This document shows, piece by piece, positions 44,076 through 59,046 of a DNA stretch of 64,000 nucleotides. Below the pieces are notes generated by a model. It ran no database searches, was not told the origin of the DNA, and saw only the letters and a list, made by a program, of their open reading frames with translations. How positions within the stretch are numbered: the first letter of the stretch is position 1; each line of letters begins with the position of its first letter. Location of the stretch: assembly GCF_009914755.1 (NCBI RefSeq), contig NC_060927.1; one strand, given 5' to 3'. The position numbers and the translations under genes are program-made. Source of the DNA: the human T2T-CHM13v2.0 reference genome, Homo sapiens.

Positions 44076-44559
44076 GAAAGATGGTTCTGAAGTGTTATGG
44101 AATCTGGTGTCATTACATTGAGGGGAAATGAAAAAGTGAGTTGAAGAATATCATGGCATGGTTATATTTTTAAACAATCTACCTATTCAGATATAATATT
44201 TGAGTAGTATAAAAGAAGCATATACCCCCAAAATATTAACAGGGGTCACTTTCCTGGAAGTGGATGGTAGGATTCAGTGGATTCAGTTTTCTGCTTTGTG
44301 CTTATCTGCACAATTTGAATTTGTAGGAGAAATAAGACCACCGGAAGCCTCTACGAAGTTTTTAGAAACATTAGAAAAACTCTTCCCCTAACCACAGTGG
44401 AGACACAGACCTGCTGGCACTAGGAAAGTGGATTTTATTTCTCACTGGTCACCATTTTGAAAACACAACTGTACAACATTATGTGTTGGTGTTGAGAACA
44501 AGTATTTTTTTTAAGATCAGAAAAAATATCATTTATATATGCCTTTCCCCTCAATTTAT

Positions 44560-45930
44560 TTTCCAACCCATCTTTTATGTTTTTTTCAAAAATGTCTTGA
44601 CATTACATAACCAAACCAAAATTTATTAATAGTCCCTTATTACTTTTTCTTGACAAACAGAAAAAAAGTATACTCATGAGCAAGAAAGAAAACAAACAAC
44701 AAACAAAATGAAGTAGGAAACTCAATGTTAACAGCTTAACACAGAAAGCCACTACAACAATGAACAAAAATTGCAAGTTAATGATAAAGTAATGTAGAAA
44801 CAAAATTACAGACTACTAAAAACATGGGATTGCCAGTTGTTCAGAAATTCCACAGATGGATCGTGAGTGGTAAGTAGCAGAAGGGTTCTGGGTACCCTCT
44901 ACAGGAAAAGCTAACGTTGCCAGCAGATCTGATTTTAAGTTGTGTCTCAGATATTTGACAGATCCCATTGAATTTTGATGACTTCTGGTCACGCACCCAA
45001 CTAGATATTTTAGAAAAAGTGAGTTCAAGGGAACTTGAATGCAAAGGTGCTCAACTAGGCCCAAGAGATTTTCATGTCTGGAGAGCTGAATTAAGTGTCA
45101 TGGAATCTGGTATCATTACATAATATAGAGAAATAAGACTTTTGCATTTCCATCTGGTGCAGCTTAGTAAACCCCAGAGGCGGCCTCTCCAGGTCAGAGT
45201 TGAGACACATGGTTGGTGTCTCCTGGATGATGTGGGAAAAGCATGCCTTGTTGCTTGAGCTGCGTCCATCCTGACACCGGCAAAGTTGACCAGAGAGCCG
45301 GAAAACTGGGGTTGATCCTGGATAATCATGCCTGCCACAGGGACCAAAGAGAGTTTCCAACACGGCCATGAAGTCTGGTCCACATAATCAATGATAGGTG
45401 ATGTAATAGTGATGGCCTGCCTGAGTTTCTTCCAGCCTGCCCTGCCACCTGGTCCTGAGCTTTGTGCTCTCTCCTATTTCCTTGATCTTGTACCTGCCTT
45501 TCCCAAAGAAACAGCCACACTGGTTATAAAGGATAAATATTTTGTAAAAAGCGAGTTCATAGGAACACCAATGTGCCAGTACCCATTTGGGCCACAGGCT
45601 GCCTGGGGATCAATTGTCCCACTGGTTGCAGAGTGGCTGATGTCCTCTCCCAGATTTTTAATGATCACAGCAAATGCTTTACAGATGGCATTAATAGATC
45701 TGGCCAGAACAATGATTCTCTCAGAAGAGTTGCCTTCTGAGATGCTGATATGTGCATTATCCTCCCCAAGCAGCTCCTTAACTGCTGTTACTTCCCACAC
45801 TCTGCATGGTTCTGCCAAATTCCTTTCTACGTAATATGCTTTCGGTCATCCTGGAGTCTGTGGCAAGCAGTATCTGGAGATTTGGATACTTGTTAAGTGG
45901 TTGTTTGGTCACTGGTAGGAGTGACCAAAC
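44560..45930 (-). pseudogene. PCBP2P: Ancient processed pseudogene of poly(rC)-binding protein 2 (KH-domain RNA-binding protein); specific pseudogene number not assigned
   Basis: Intronless and frameshifted. Minus-strand translations AHISISEGNSSERIIVLARSINAICKAFAVIIKNLGEDIS (KH1), AQDQVAG, VLETL and PTMCLNSDLERPPLGFTKLHQMEMQKSYF match PCBP2 ([67 protein letters not shown]). Flanks resemble the PCBP2 5' and 3' UTRs as I recall them. The start codon is lost (~45861). Confidence 0.9.
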
Positions 45931-46429
45931 ACTTTTCCTCTCAGTCATCCTGGGACCACAAAGCAAGCCTGCTTTGATAAATAGCGTGTAAGTGAAGATG
46001 TTTTATATTCAGGTGAAAGGGTTTAAGAATGGAATATGATTTTCCATGCTCTTTTCTCTGGGCATGGTGATTGTGGAATGATATTTTGATACAGATGTCC
46101 ACACGATTGAATCATGCAGGGATACCAAGACTCCACATGAAGGACAGCTTCATTGAACCTCACCTGCCTCAGCTTTGTATGAGTGACAAATAAACTGTGT
46201 GTAGCATCACTAAGATTTTGGGATTGTTTGTTACCACAGCATAAATTGGCCTATCTTGACTATTCATTTGTAAATATTGTATACTTATAGTGCTTATACA
46301 GTTTCAGGCACATTGGCAATACATATTCGTTAGTTAAATGGATTGAATTAAGAATAAATTTAACATTCACTGAACAAATGACTATAAATTATGGAAGTAT
46401 ATTAGCTAGAATAGCTCAGTTCAGTTTTA

Positions 46430-47960
46430 TTTATTGACCGATACTGTGGTAGATATTGAGAATACAAAGATAAATTTGTTTTTAACCTGGAAGATTTTGG
46501 TTGGAAGATAAAATTGGAAAGGTTGATTACTGTCTGGATGTGGAGGATCTTAAATTAAAGACTGGGCCATTTTAATTCATCTTGTAGACAATGGGAGGGA
46601 AAAGTAGGTGTCTATGGGTTTTGAGCAAGGGAGAAGTACTATTAAATTGACATTTTAGGAAAATTAATCTGCTGATGGTGAAGGAGGTATAAGCATACAA
46701 GTTGAGAGGCTATTTCAATAATCTAGGTGTGAAAAGATAAGGGTCCAGGCTGGAGTGTTGGTGATTGAAATGAAAAGGCATAATCGGAAATGAGAGAAAT
46801 TAGAAAGTAAAAACAGGGTATTGGATATGTGAGGGGTAGGGAGGTGAGAAGGAAGAATGATTAACGAATGACTCTTAGATTCCATGTCTGTGATGCCACT
46901 GGTGGAGGTTGGGAGGATATAGAAGATGATGAGTTCTTTTTGTTGTGTGTTGAATTTGAGGAATGACAGCTCATTCATACAGAAATATCCTTAAGGTTAG
47001 TTTGTGAAGTAGGATTGGATGGAGCTTGGCAGAGAAGTTGATGCCAAAACTAGATTATAGTGTAGTGATCATACTGGAAACAGTAAGAGTAGATGAAGTT
47101 TCTAAACGGGAGCTTGTAGAGAGAAAAGCGTGGGCTTTAAGAGAGATCCTCATTTAGGGACATGAGAATGGAGAGGAGTTAGCAAAGGACACAGGGAAGT
47201 AATCAGTAGGAGAGGTAATTTTTACTGAACATTTACTATACTAAGAATTTTACATGCATTTTATTATCTAATTCTCACAGCCTCCCCTAGGAGGAAGAGT
47301 TATTCCATTTTATGGATGAACAAACTGAGACTGATAGGAGTTTAAGAATTTTCACTGAGGTCAAATAGCTACTAAACAATGATGCCAGGTCTGCTTGACA
47401 ACAAAATGTTGTCATTTTGTTCTTAACCGTTGCGGTTAAACTCAAATGATCCAAGTTTTAGATGAACCAGCTTGTTATTGAGGAGGGGCTGGCCAACAGG
47501 GTCATACGCTATAAATTCAAAAGAAATGATGTTTGAGAACAGGCCATTGATTTGATGAACAGGAAGTGATGGTTTTGAGTAGAAGTGGGGGTAGTGAGCA
47601 GGAGCATCACTACAGGGGACAAGGTAAAGGCATGAGTGGGTGATGCTGAAGGAAGGAATCGGTGGAGACAACCAATCAAGAAATGACAGGGGAAAGGAAC
47701 AAGAGGAAGGGATACATCCTAGGGGGGATCTCAGGGTTACTTTCACAGATGTATTTATTTCCAAGACAGAGGCACAATTTACATATAAGATAAATGGATC
47801 CAATGGAGCCAGAGAATGGAAATACCACAAAGATGGCACCAGTGGAGTTGGTAATTTTTTGAGGAGGATAGAAAGACGGGGATCTAAAGTCCAGGGGAAG
47901 GGATCAGCTCTGGAGGGAGAAGAGCAACTGCTTGCTTCAAGACCAGAGGGGAAGACCAGC
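46430..47960 (-). mobile_element. L2 fragments with an intervening MIR (~47215-47420)
   Basis: Purine-rich antisense L2 motifs (gttttgagcaagggagaag, gatgatgagttc...tgttgaatttgagg). MIR core attccattttatggatgaacaaactgagac. Confidence 0.65.
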
Positions 47961-48391
47961 TATATTTTAAACTAGAGATACTCTGGCATCTCTTGAATTT
48001 ACTGGATTTGTGGAAGTTCCTTTCACCACATTGATACCAGTGAAAGCCAATTTTAACTTAGATTAGCTCAGAATTAAAATTTCCAGTTACTAAAATATGT
48101 ATGTGAAAATGTGAGATTGTTTTTTAAACTTATAGATAAAAATTGGTTTTATAAGAAAAAATTATTATAATTCTTTCAAGTTACATCACTGAGTCCTTAG
48201 TACTTTGTTTTAGAAAACAACTACCTGTTCACCTGCTGAGCTCATTTCCAGTGTCTGGTTTGAGTTCTGACCCTAAAAATGCTATTTAATAAAATGCTCT
48301 TATTTTGGATACATCTTATGCATATTTTAAAAAACACTCTTTATGAAAAACATCTTTGCATCTTAAGTTTATTTGCTTTGAAAGCTTTAAG

Positions 48392-48393
<2 letters not shown>

Positions 48394-48437
<44 letters not shown>

Positions 48438-48722
48438 AGATGGAGTCTCGCTCTGTTGCCCAGACTGGAGTGCAGTAGTGTGATCCTGGCTCATGGCACC
48501 ATCCACCTCCCGGGTTCATGCAATTCTCCTGCCTCAGCCTCCTGAGTAGCTGGCACTACAGATGCATGCCACCATGCCCAGCTAATTTTTGTGGTTTTTT
48601 TAGTAGAGATGGAGTTTCACCATGTGGGCTAGGTTGGCCTTGAGCTCCCGATCTCAGGTGATCCGCCTGCCTCGGCCTTCCAGAGTGCTGGGATTACAGG
48701 CGTGAGTCACCATACCTGGCCT
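48394..48722 (-). mobile_element. Alu (AluS-like) with a ~43-nt poly(T)
   Basis: Dimeric Alu. Confidence 0.95.
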
Positions 48723-49469
48723 GGCAGCTTTCAGTCATAATATATACATCTCAATTATTTTTATACTAACTTATTGGTTTCTTATATAAATTCCAAGGCA
48801 TGTCTAATAGTCTGTCATTGCAATCTGAATCAGCTTTTTTTTTCCTGAGCAAACACAATTAGAAGGGCTTTAGGATTAATTACATGATTAAACATTTAGT
48901 GACTCCCAAAAACTTAGTGAAATAAAATGCATAGAAATTGTTGACTCAGTATTCTAAATAAATCTAATCTTTAGGAATGTCCATGGCTTTGGCAGGATTC
49001 GAGGAACATGAATATTATGGGGAAATTTTTTTATGAGACTTAAAAAGGAACAAGAACACAACAATATAAAACATAAGAAAGGAATCTAGTATTTTTGTCA
49101 GAAGCAAGTTTTCTCATGAAAATGGAAAAAATATATAATTTAATTTGCATGTTTTTTTTTGGTCAACTCTGGTTTATTTTGTTGGTTTTGTTTATTTGTG
49201 TGCTTGAAAGGTTTGCTGCTGGGCCCTTGGACTAAGACCTGGGAAACTCTAAGCTTCATTTTTCTTCACGTGCCAAGTGGTATAGGGAAAGTTGCTTCAT
49301 CTTTTATATTTATGAATCCCTAGGATAAAAAAAGAATATACCACTTACTTTTTTGAAAGTATTTGTGAGTTTTTATATGAAAAACTGAACAATACTTCAA
49401 ATTATAGAGCAGCAGGGGAAAATCGAGTGGGGCTGAGGAGACAGATTATGCTGCCTACCTTCCATGGGA

Positions 49470-50465
49470 CTCTGTTGGGCTCACTTTGTAGTTCTGCCAT
49501 TCAGGGCTGGCTTCCCCAGCTCACTCCGCTTGTGGCTTTGGACACTGCTTTTTCTCCACACTCTCTCTTCGTTCTCCAGCTTCTTTGCTGACTCCTCTTC
49601 CTTGACCCAGCCCTGAAATGCAAAGATTCTCTGAAGGTCTATCTCCACACCCTTCTCTTCTAGCATTATCTATATGCTAGTGCAGTCTTTTTCACGCCCA
49701 ATGTTCCTGCCACGTTTCCACATACCAGTCAGACATCTGTGCCTATGTGCCCCACAGGTACTTTAAACCCAGTGCCCCCAAAGTTTAACATGTCTTCCAG
49801 TCCTCTATCAAAATGCTTCCCTTTCTGGACTCTTTGTGTTGATTAAAAGCTTCACCTTCTCATAGTCAACAAAACTAGAAATATGTTCATTTTCCTTGCC
49901 TCTCACATCTGATCAACTATGTGTTGTTAATACTATCTCAAATGATTTAATCTCCTTCATTTCCCACATCTTATAAGTAGCCACATTCTGTTTATATTAT
50001 CTCTAAAATGTTCGCAGTGTCTCTCTCTTGTCCATTCTATCTTCTGCCCTTGTTCTGACCTCATCACCTATTGCATCAGCCAGCTACCTGGCCTTCTTGC
50101 CTCCTTCTCTGTTCATTCCATCCTGCACACAGCTGCCAGAGTTGTTTTCTAAAATACAAATTTAATAATAATAATCTTTTGCTGAAAAACCATTGGCTTC
50201 TGCAGCAGAGTCTGGCTGCAGCCTCATTTTCTGGCTACACTGTTTCTGCACCCCTTTCCGCCCCCCGTGTAATACATGTGTGCTCTATCCTGTACATCCA
50301 GCACACCATAAACTTTCATGGCCCCATGTTTGTTTGGCCTTCTGTAATGCCCTACCTGTCTTTTCTACTTGGTGAAATTACACCAATCTCTCAAGGTCCA
50401 GCTCTATTGAAAAGATATAATAGACTATCTTTAGAATATAGTAGGACTCTAATAAATATTTTTTG
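49470..50465 (+). mobile_element. L2 fragments
   Basis: Pyrimidine-rich L2 motifs (cccacaggtactttaaac, cacagctgccagagttgttttctaaaatacaaa, tagtaggactctaataaatatt). Confidence 0.6.
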
Positions 50466-50683
50466 GTAAGTTAGTTATAAAGAAAATACAAAAGCCTTAT
50501 GGTACCAGTAAAGGATGAGGGATTATTTTGTTAGCTGAGAAATATAACTGTGTCAAGTCTATACTGTCCAAGATCCCTACCTGCCATTTGCATGGTCTGC
50601 CTCAGGCAATGCTTCCTTAGTTCCCTTATTAAAGATAATTTTAGTTTAAAAATATATATATATATATTTTTAATGAAAAATGA

Positions 50684-51038
<355 letters not shown>

Positions 51039-52844
51039 TATATACACATTCCTTTTAAATTTAGGAAGCTAGCCCTTTGTCTACAATATGCGTTGTAAAC
51101 AATATTGCCAGTTTACCAATTGTCTTTGATTTTGTTCATTATTATTTTTTGTTGCATAGAAATTTAAAAATCTTTACAGCTAAATTTATTAATATTCTTC
51201 ATGCTTCTATGTTTTGTGTCATTCTTTAAAAAGTCTTCTTCATTCTAAGATTATGAATAAATACACCCAGTTTTCTTTAGGCATTATTATAGTTTCTTTT
51301 TCAGGGTTTAAACCTTTGATCTTTATGAAATTTACTTTGATATAAGGAGTGAGATGAGATTTGTCTTTTTTCCCCAAGTTGTTACTAGTTATACCAAATC
51401 AACTTATTGAATATGCTTTTCTTCACTAGTCTGAAACTTAGCTTTTATATAAAATTCTATTGCATAGTTATATGTATTTCTGAACTCTGTACAATTCAAT
51501 TAGTGAAAACTTTTGATGTCCCAAACCAGTAGTTTAGGAGATTTCAGCATTAAATCAGAGTTACTCTGGATCCAGATCTGTTAGCAGATATAAACTTCAC
51601 GGTCACAAAATTCAGGTGAGCAAAGATGTAACTTTATTTCCCTACAACCCAACTTAGTTTAGCTCTTGAGCCCCTATGTCCATTTTGTGGTAGAACTCTT
51701 AATACAGCCAATTCAAGGTATCTCTGTGTCCCATGGGTGATATAAGACCTGGGGGTTGGGGATGAGATAACTTTTTTCTCATCCAGGATTTCATAAAGAG
51801 GATGATTCTGGTTGATAGCCATCTCTGTCTTCTGGCATCTATAAGATATAACTCAATCTGTCTGGTCCTTCTAATTGTGCACTGGCATATGGTTATGTCC
51901 TGGCCACGGGCCTTCATTTGCTAGTTCCAGGCACCTGTGCCCAACATCCCCATCTCAGGACCTCTCTTTGCTTTCCTGAACCCTTTTCAAGGGGGGCCCT
52001 GGGAACTCTTGTCTGCTTTCCTATACCACTGGAGGTGCTGAGTCTCACTGAAGCTGTGCTCAGGCCAATCTAACAGAACATCTCTCAGACTTTGCCGGTT
52101 TTCAGCTGTAGCCTAATGTTGAATATAGGCTTCTCCAAGAGGCTTTAGGTATTTCTGGGAAGGGAAGCAGAAGTTTACTATGCTCTCAGTTCCTTCCCAA
52201 AACTACTTTAAATTTCTTCTAGAGGCTTCACCCCAGCTCCATGGAGGCCCCTTTCTCAGGAATTCATATCAATTACTTGTTTTCTTGCTCTCTTTTCCCA
52301 ATTATCTTCTTTCCTCACAACTGTGAGATTTGCCTCTGTTCTAGGGAGGCAGCAGCGGCTGTGCTGAGAGGAAAGAAATGGCTTTTACATTACCCTGTGA
52401 TCTTTCCAACTCCAGTGTTTATAGTATAAACTTCTTGTTCAGACCTTTAGAAATTGAGCAGAGCTTTTGGAACCAAAACAATCGTTTGTCTCTAAACATT
52501 TTAGCTTTTAATATGATAATTTCTGGTATGAATTTTGAGAGCCTATTTTGGTAGTCATGGCCAATAATTTGATTCTTTCTTCTTGCTGCATCAAGAAGAG
52601 TAATGGGCACACAGAAGCCCTGGGGGAAGGATGCCTTGGAGGAGCCCGTGTTATCTCAAATGATTATCTGCAACACTGAGTGAGTCCTTGATCTGGCTCC
52701 TAGACCGCTGTCTCCATCCTTGTGATCACTCCCTTGGTCTTGGGATTCATTTCAACTAGCTGCTGGTGCTCTTAGTTCCTTTCCTCTGCCCTTGTTTAGT
52801 CCCTGCTTTTTTTTTGTTTTTTCACAAATTATATTGTATGTGGT

Positions 52845-53778
52845 TTATTATTTGTTTTAAAATTGACAGATAACATTGCATTGTGGAATAGTTAAATCTA
52901 GCTAATTAACAAATGCATTACCTCACATAGTAATCATTTTTTGTGGCAAGAGCACATAACATCTACTCTCTTTACATTTTTCAAGAATATTGTCATTAAC
53001 TATAGTCACCACGCTATACAATAGACCTCTTGAAGTTTCTTCCTCCTATCTAACTGTAATTTTGTATACTTTGACTAATGTCTTCCCACATTCCGCTTTC
53101 CCCAACCACCCAAGCTGGTAACTACTTTACTACTCTCTACTTCTATGAGAGCAACTTTTTTAGATTCCATATATGAGTGAGATCATGCAGTATTTGTCTT
53201 TCTGTGCCTGGCTTATTTCACTTACTATAATGTCCTCCAAGTTCATCCATGTTGTGCAAATGGCAGGATTTCATTCTCTTGTATGGATGAATAGCATTCC
53301 ATTGAGTATATATACACCACATTTTCTTTATCCCTTCATTTGTCATGGGTACTTAGATTGTTTCCATATTTTGCCTATTGTAAATAGTGCTGTGAAAAAT
53401 GAGAGAATGCAGATATCTCTTTGACTTAACTGATGTTTTTTCATTTGGTTATGTAAACAGATGACCTACTGATTACAATTCCTTTAGATATATACTCAGT
53501 AGTGGAATTGCTGGATCATATGATTGTTATATTTTTAATATTTTTGAGGAAACCTAAATATTGTTTTCCACAATGGCTGTACTAATTTACATTCTCACCA
53601 ACAGTGTATAAGGGTTCCCTTTTCTCCACATCCTCACCAGCACTTGCTATTTTTTTGTCTTTTTGTTAATGGCCATTCTAACTGGGTGAGGTGATATCTC
53701 GTTGTGGTTTTGATTTACACTTCCCTGGTGATTAGATTTATATTTCCCTGGTGATTAGTAATGCAGAGCATTTTTTAG
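52845..53778 (-). mobile_element. L1MA-type 3' fragment
   Basis: ggaatagttaaatctagctaattaacaaatgcattacctcacatag...tagattccatatatgagtgagatcatgcagtatttgtctttctgtgcctggc. Confidence 0.85.
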
Positions 53779-54425
53779 CAGCACCCCAGTGCTGCGCTAG
53801 TCTCTGGGGCATGGGCTTCGGGTGCAACCCAGCACTGCATCAGCCTGCCTTAGGGCTCCCCCTAGTGCTGCAATGGCTATAGCAGTAACCAGTGTGGGAA
53901 CCTTGCCTGTCAACGAGCCCTGAATCTTTGGACAGGCTTACTGCTGAAGGAAGTACTTGAACAAAGTCCCTTACTGCCTTTTGAAATGGGGTTCTGCCTA
54001 AGTTCCCTCACCACAAATCCTCTCAGAGATCACAGTCCTAGAATCTACCCTCTTTGGCTGGGTCATCATTTTGATTGCAAAGCTGTCTACTTTCCAAACT
54101 TTTGCCTACTCTCTCTTCTGGGAGCCTCCTGATATAGTTCTCTATATGTCTCCTGTTGCAGGTTGTTGGATCTTTCCAGATCACCACACCACATCACCCA
54201 GCCACTCTGCCCAATGGGAGGGCAGACAGTGTTCCAGTGTAGGAGGAAGGGGTGTAAGGTGCGGGCAGTTTGTGAGGAGGGCACCAACGAGAGCTACTGT
54301 GAGAAAGTCTGCATGGTCAAAAAGTGGATTACCAAGAACAAAGCATCATAATGTTGTCCAGTGGACCCCAGGTTAGCTTAAAAGGTCTAGTCTTTGATTC
54401 TTTATGGATTATTGTTTTGATGTAT

Positions 54426-54815
54426 GTCTTAGTCTGTTTATGCTGCTATAACAAAATACCTTAGGCTGGGTAATTTATAAAGAACAGAAGTATATTTCTC
54501 ACAGTTATGGAGGTTGGAAAGTCCAAGATCAAGATGCTGACAGGTTTTGTGTCTGGTGAAGATATTTCTGCTTCCAAGATGGCATATTGAATCCTGCTTC
54601 CTCCAGAGGGAACAAACACTGTGTTCTCACATGGCAGAAGAACAGAAGAGAGAGAACCCACTCTCTCAAGCCCTCATATAAGGGCCTTAATCCTATCCAT
54701 GAGAGCTTTCCCCTTATGATTTAATCACCTTCAAAATGCCCCACCTCATGACACTATTACATTGGCAATTAAATTTCAACATATGAATTTTAGGAGAAAC
54801 GTTCAGACCATAGCA
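54426..54815 (-). mobile_element. MaLR solo LTR (MSTC/MSTD-like)
   Basis: tgtcttagtctgtttatgctgctataacaaaatacc...aagtccaagatcaag...ttcagaccatagca. Confidence 0.85.
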
Positions 54816-55749
54816 CAATATTTTGGTAGTCAGTGACTCACTTTTAGGGCATTATCCTTTTCCTTCCCATTTATTCTCCTACTCCGAAATATTCTTCATG
54901 CCTAACTCTGAATATTTAGTCATTATAGGGATTTTACTTAATATCAGGAGGTAACTATGGTCATGGTTTTTTTGTGCCATGAGAAGCTTGATCTTTTTCT
55001 CTGGCCCTGTGTAAATGGCTGAGGATTTAAAAAGCCATTTTCTCTGACCAGTTTATGCTTGTTCTCCTATTTGCCATTCAGTAAGTAAATGGCCTTTAAC
55101 ACAGACGTTTTGATTTTCAAACAATAATTAGGAAAGAAAGCACTTCATATGGGGGCTGAAGATTACAGGGAAATTGCACCATCTTCTTCCTTAGTACAAC
55201 AATATGTTGCTAAACCAGCAAGAACAACTAGTTGCAATTTCTCCAAACCAACAATATTTTCTTTTCAGAATCCTACCTAAAAGTGAGATTCACCAAGAAA
55301 GTTTTGTGTTTTTGAGCAAGTCTAGGTTTTAATTTTTTTTGACTCATCTGCTTCTTTAATTGAAAACAAGACAAAACAAACATGGAGTAGAAGCTTTAAT
55401 CAAGTGTGTTCTAACACGCAAACACTATGGAACCCACCTGAGTCCCACTTGGATCATTTCAAATGGCTCCATATTTTTCTGTTCCCAATTAAACTTCCTA
55501 GAATGTCTCACAGGAAGCTCACATTGATAAACTTTTTGAGTAATCCAGGAACTCTTAGAACCTGATAAAGTGAAAGGATTTGGCAGGAACGTTTCAGATA
55601 TGAGGAAGATTTCTCTGCAGGGTATGTTTGTCTATTAATTGGATAGTATACCTGTCCTAACTATGAAGAAATTGGCTCCGACTTGGAGAATGACTGAAAA
55701 GTGGCTATTACTCATTGATGATTTTGGTGGGAGGAAAGTAATAGCTTGT

Positions 55750-57650
55750 GGACTGTTAGTTTTGTCATCATAACAAACTAGATACCCTGAAAAACCTCTC
55801 AATACAAAACACCTAGAAATGATGAATTAAATATAATACATAGTCTTTAAAATATTGAGCTCAAAGGAAACAGAAGAAACTCTCATACACCAGAAGTGGT
55901 GAGATGATGCTTATACTAGTCCCCAATCCTGTTTGAGGGTATTTGGTGATCTTGGCGATCAAGAGGTTTGGGTTTCTGACATGCTAGTACAATAGGCAAG
56001 GCCTTGGCCTATGCAAGGTGGGGAGGCAGAATCAAGGCTCTGCATAATGGCTAGGGCCCTCAAAAGGCTATGCTGCCAGAAAAAAGATGCTCAGGCAAAG
56101 GGAAATGTCAAGCAAAGTTGTCTGTTTCCCCTGGCCTCTGGGTAGAAAAGAATTCAGATTCTGCCCATACACAGCTTTGAGGTTTAATTTATACAATCTG
56201 AGTGGTCAGAAACTCCAAGTCAAGATATTAACATGAAATTGTTCCAGTTTGATAGCACGTCCGCCATCTGGCAGAACAATTAAAAAAAAAAAAAATCCTT
56301 TCCTGGCAGCCATGCGGACTCACCAAGGGCTCCTGGCCATGCCCTCTCCCAAGATTCTCCATAAAATTAGTTGGTTGCTTCTTGCCCTGAGGCAGCCCAG
56401 TGAAGTCTAGGGTGTGGTGATCCCATGTTGTTGATGGGGAAAAAGGGAGTGATGGGGTGCTTGAGGGCTTCTTAAGCCATAGTTCAAGCATAGCGAGTGC
56501 CCCCTCTTCTTCTGAAAGGGCCAGATACCTGGCCTCATCCTCTCCACAAAGAACTCTCTTGGGATCCTCAGGGGATCCAGGTTAGGGCAGAGCCCTAGGG
56601 CTCAGAGAGGGGGGTCAGTAATTAACCTGGGCCCTAGCACTGTAAAAGTGACAGTTTGATCTCCCCACTGTCCTTCTTCCCCTGCCCACCAGGGACAAGG
56701 CTTCCAGAAAGAGGGGACCACTGGGAAATTCTGCCTCTTGTTCAGATAAAGTTCTTCCCGCTGCAAGGCTCCGAGCTTCATTCTTCATCCTCAGATCTAG
56801 AATGGGATGGAGGGCAGTTAATTTACAAAAAAAATTATATAAAATAATTGTATGTAATATATATTATCAAAATAGCTCTCACAGCATAAATCTTATAGAT
56901 AAACCTCACCAACATGAACTTACAAACCAAAATTATGAACACATGAAAAAATAAGCTACTAAGAGTAAGAAATTAAAACTAATAAGGAGCAAATGTGGCT
57001 GGGCGCAGTAGCTGATGTCTGTAATCCTAGCACTTTGGGAGGCTGAGGTGGGTGGGTCACTTGAGGTCAGGAGTTCAAGACAAGCCTGGCCAACATGGTG
57101 AAACCCCATCTCTACTAAAAATGCAAAAATTAGTCAGACGTGGTGATACATGCCTGTAGCCCCAGCTACTTGGGAGGCCGAGGCAAGAGAATCACTTGAA
57201 CTTAGGAGATGTAAGTTGCAGTGAGCCAAGAACATGCCATTGCACCCAGCCTGGGCGACAGAGTGATATTCCATCTCAAAAAAAAAAAAAAAAAAAAAAG
57301 CGCAATGTGATTAGTGCTCCCCAAAAGTTCAGAAAATGAACATATTAAATGTAAGATATTTTAAGTAATTAAAACGGTAAAATATGGATTAAACAATAAG
57401 AGAAAGGAATAAGATACTATTAAAAGTACCTGAAATATTAAAAAAAGGAACCAAGTAAAAATTCTAGAAATGAAAATATAACCATTGAAATGAAAACTCA
57501 GTGTATGGGACAAACAGCAGGACACAGTTGGAGAAGGAATGAGTGAATTGGGTAACAAATCTAAGGAGATTCTGTAGAATGTAGTACAAAGAGATGAAAA
57601 GGTGAAAATATGAAAGATAGGATAAAACATATGGAAGGTAAGACGTGTAG
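55750..57650 (+). mobile_element. Ancient L1M 5'/ORF1 remnants, interrupted by a non-repeat-looking insert (~56300-56830) and an Alu
   Basis: A-rich degenerate ORF1 sequence (gaaccaagtaaaaattctagaaatgaaaatataaccattgaaatgaaaactca). Confidence 0.55.
56997..57299 (+). mobile_element. Alu (AluS-like)
   Basis: Dimeric Alu with an A tail. Confidence 0.95.
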
Positions 57651-57654
57651 AAGG

Positions 57655-59045
<1,391 letters not shown>

Positions 59046-59046
59046 T

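Noticed and set aside
53721-53758. Short tandem duplication (ttccctggtgattag twice) in L1MA, and similar micro-duplications at ~275-305 and ~23790-23830
   Set aside because: These are common slippage-type duplications in neutral repeat DNA.
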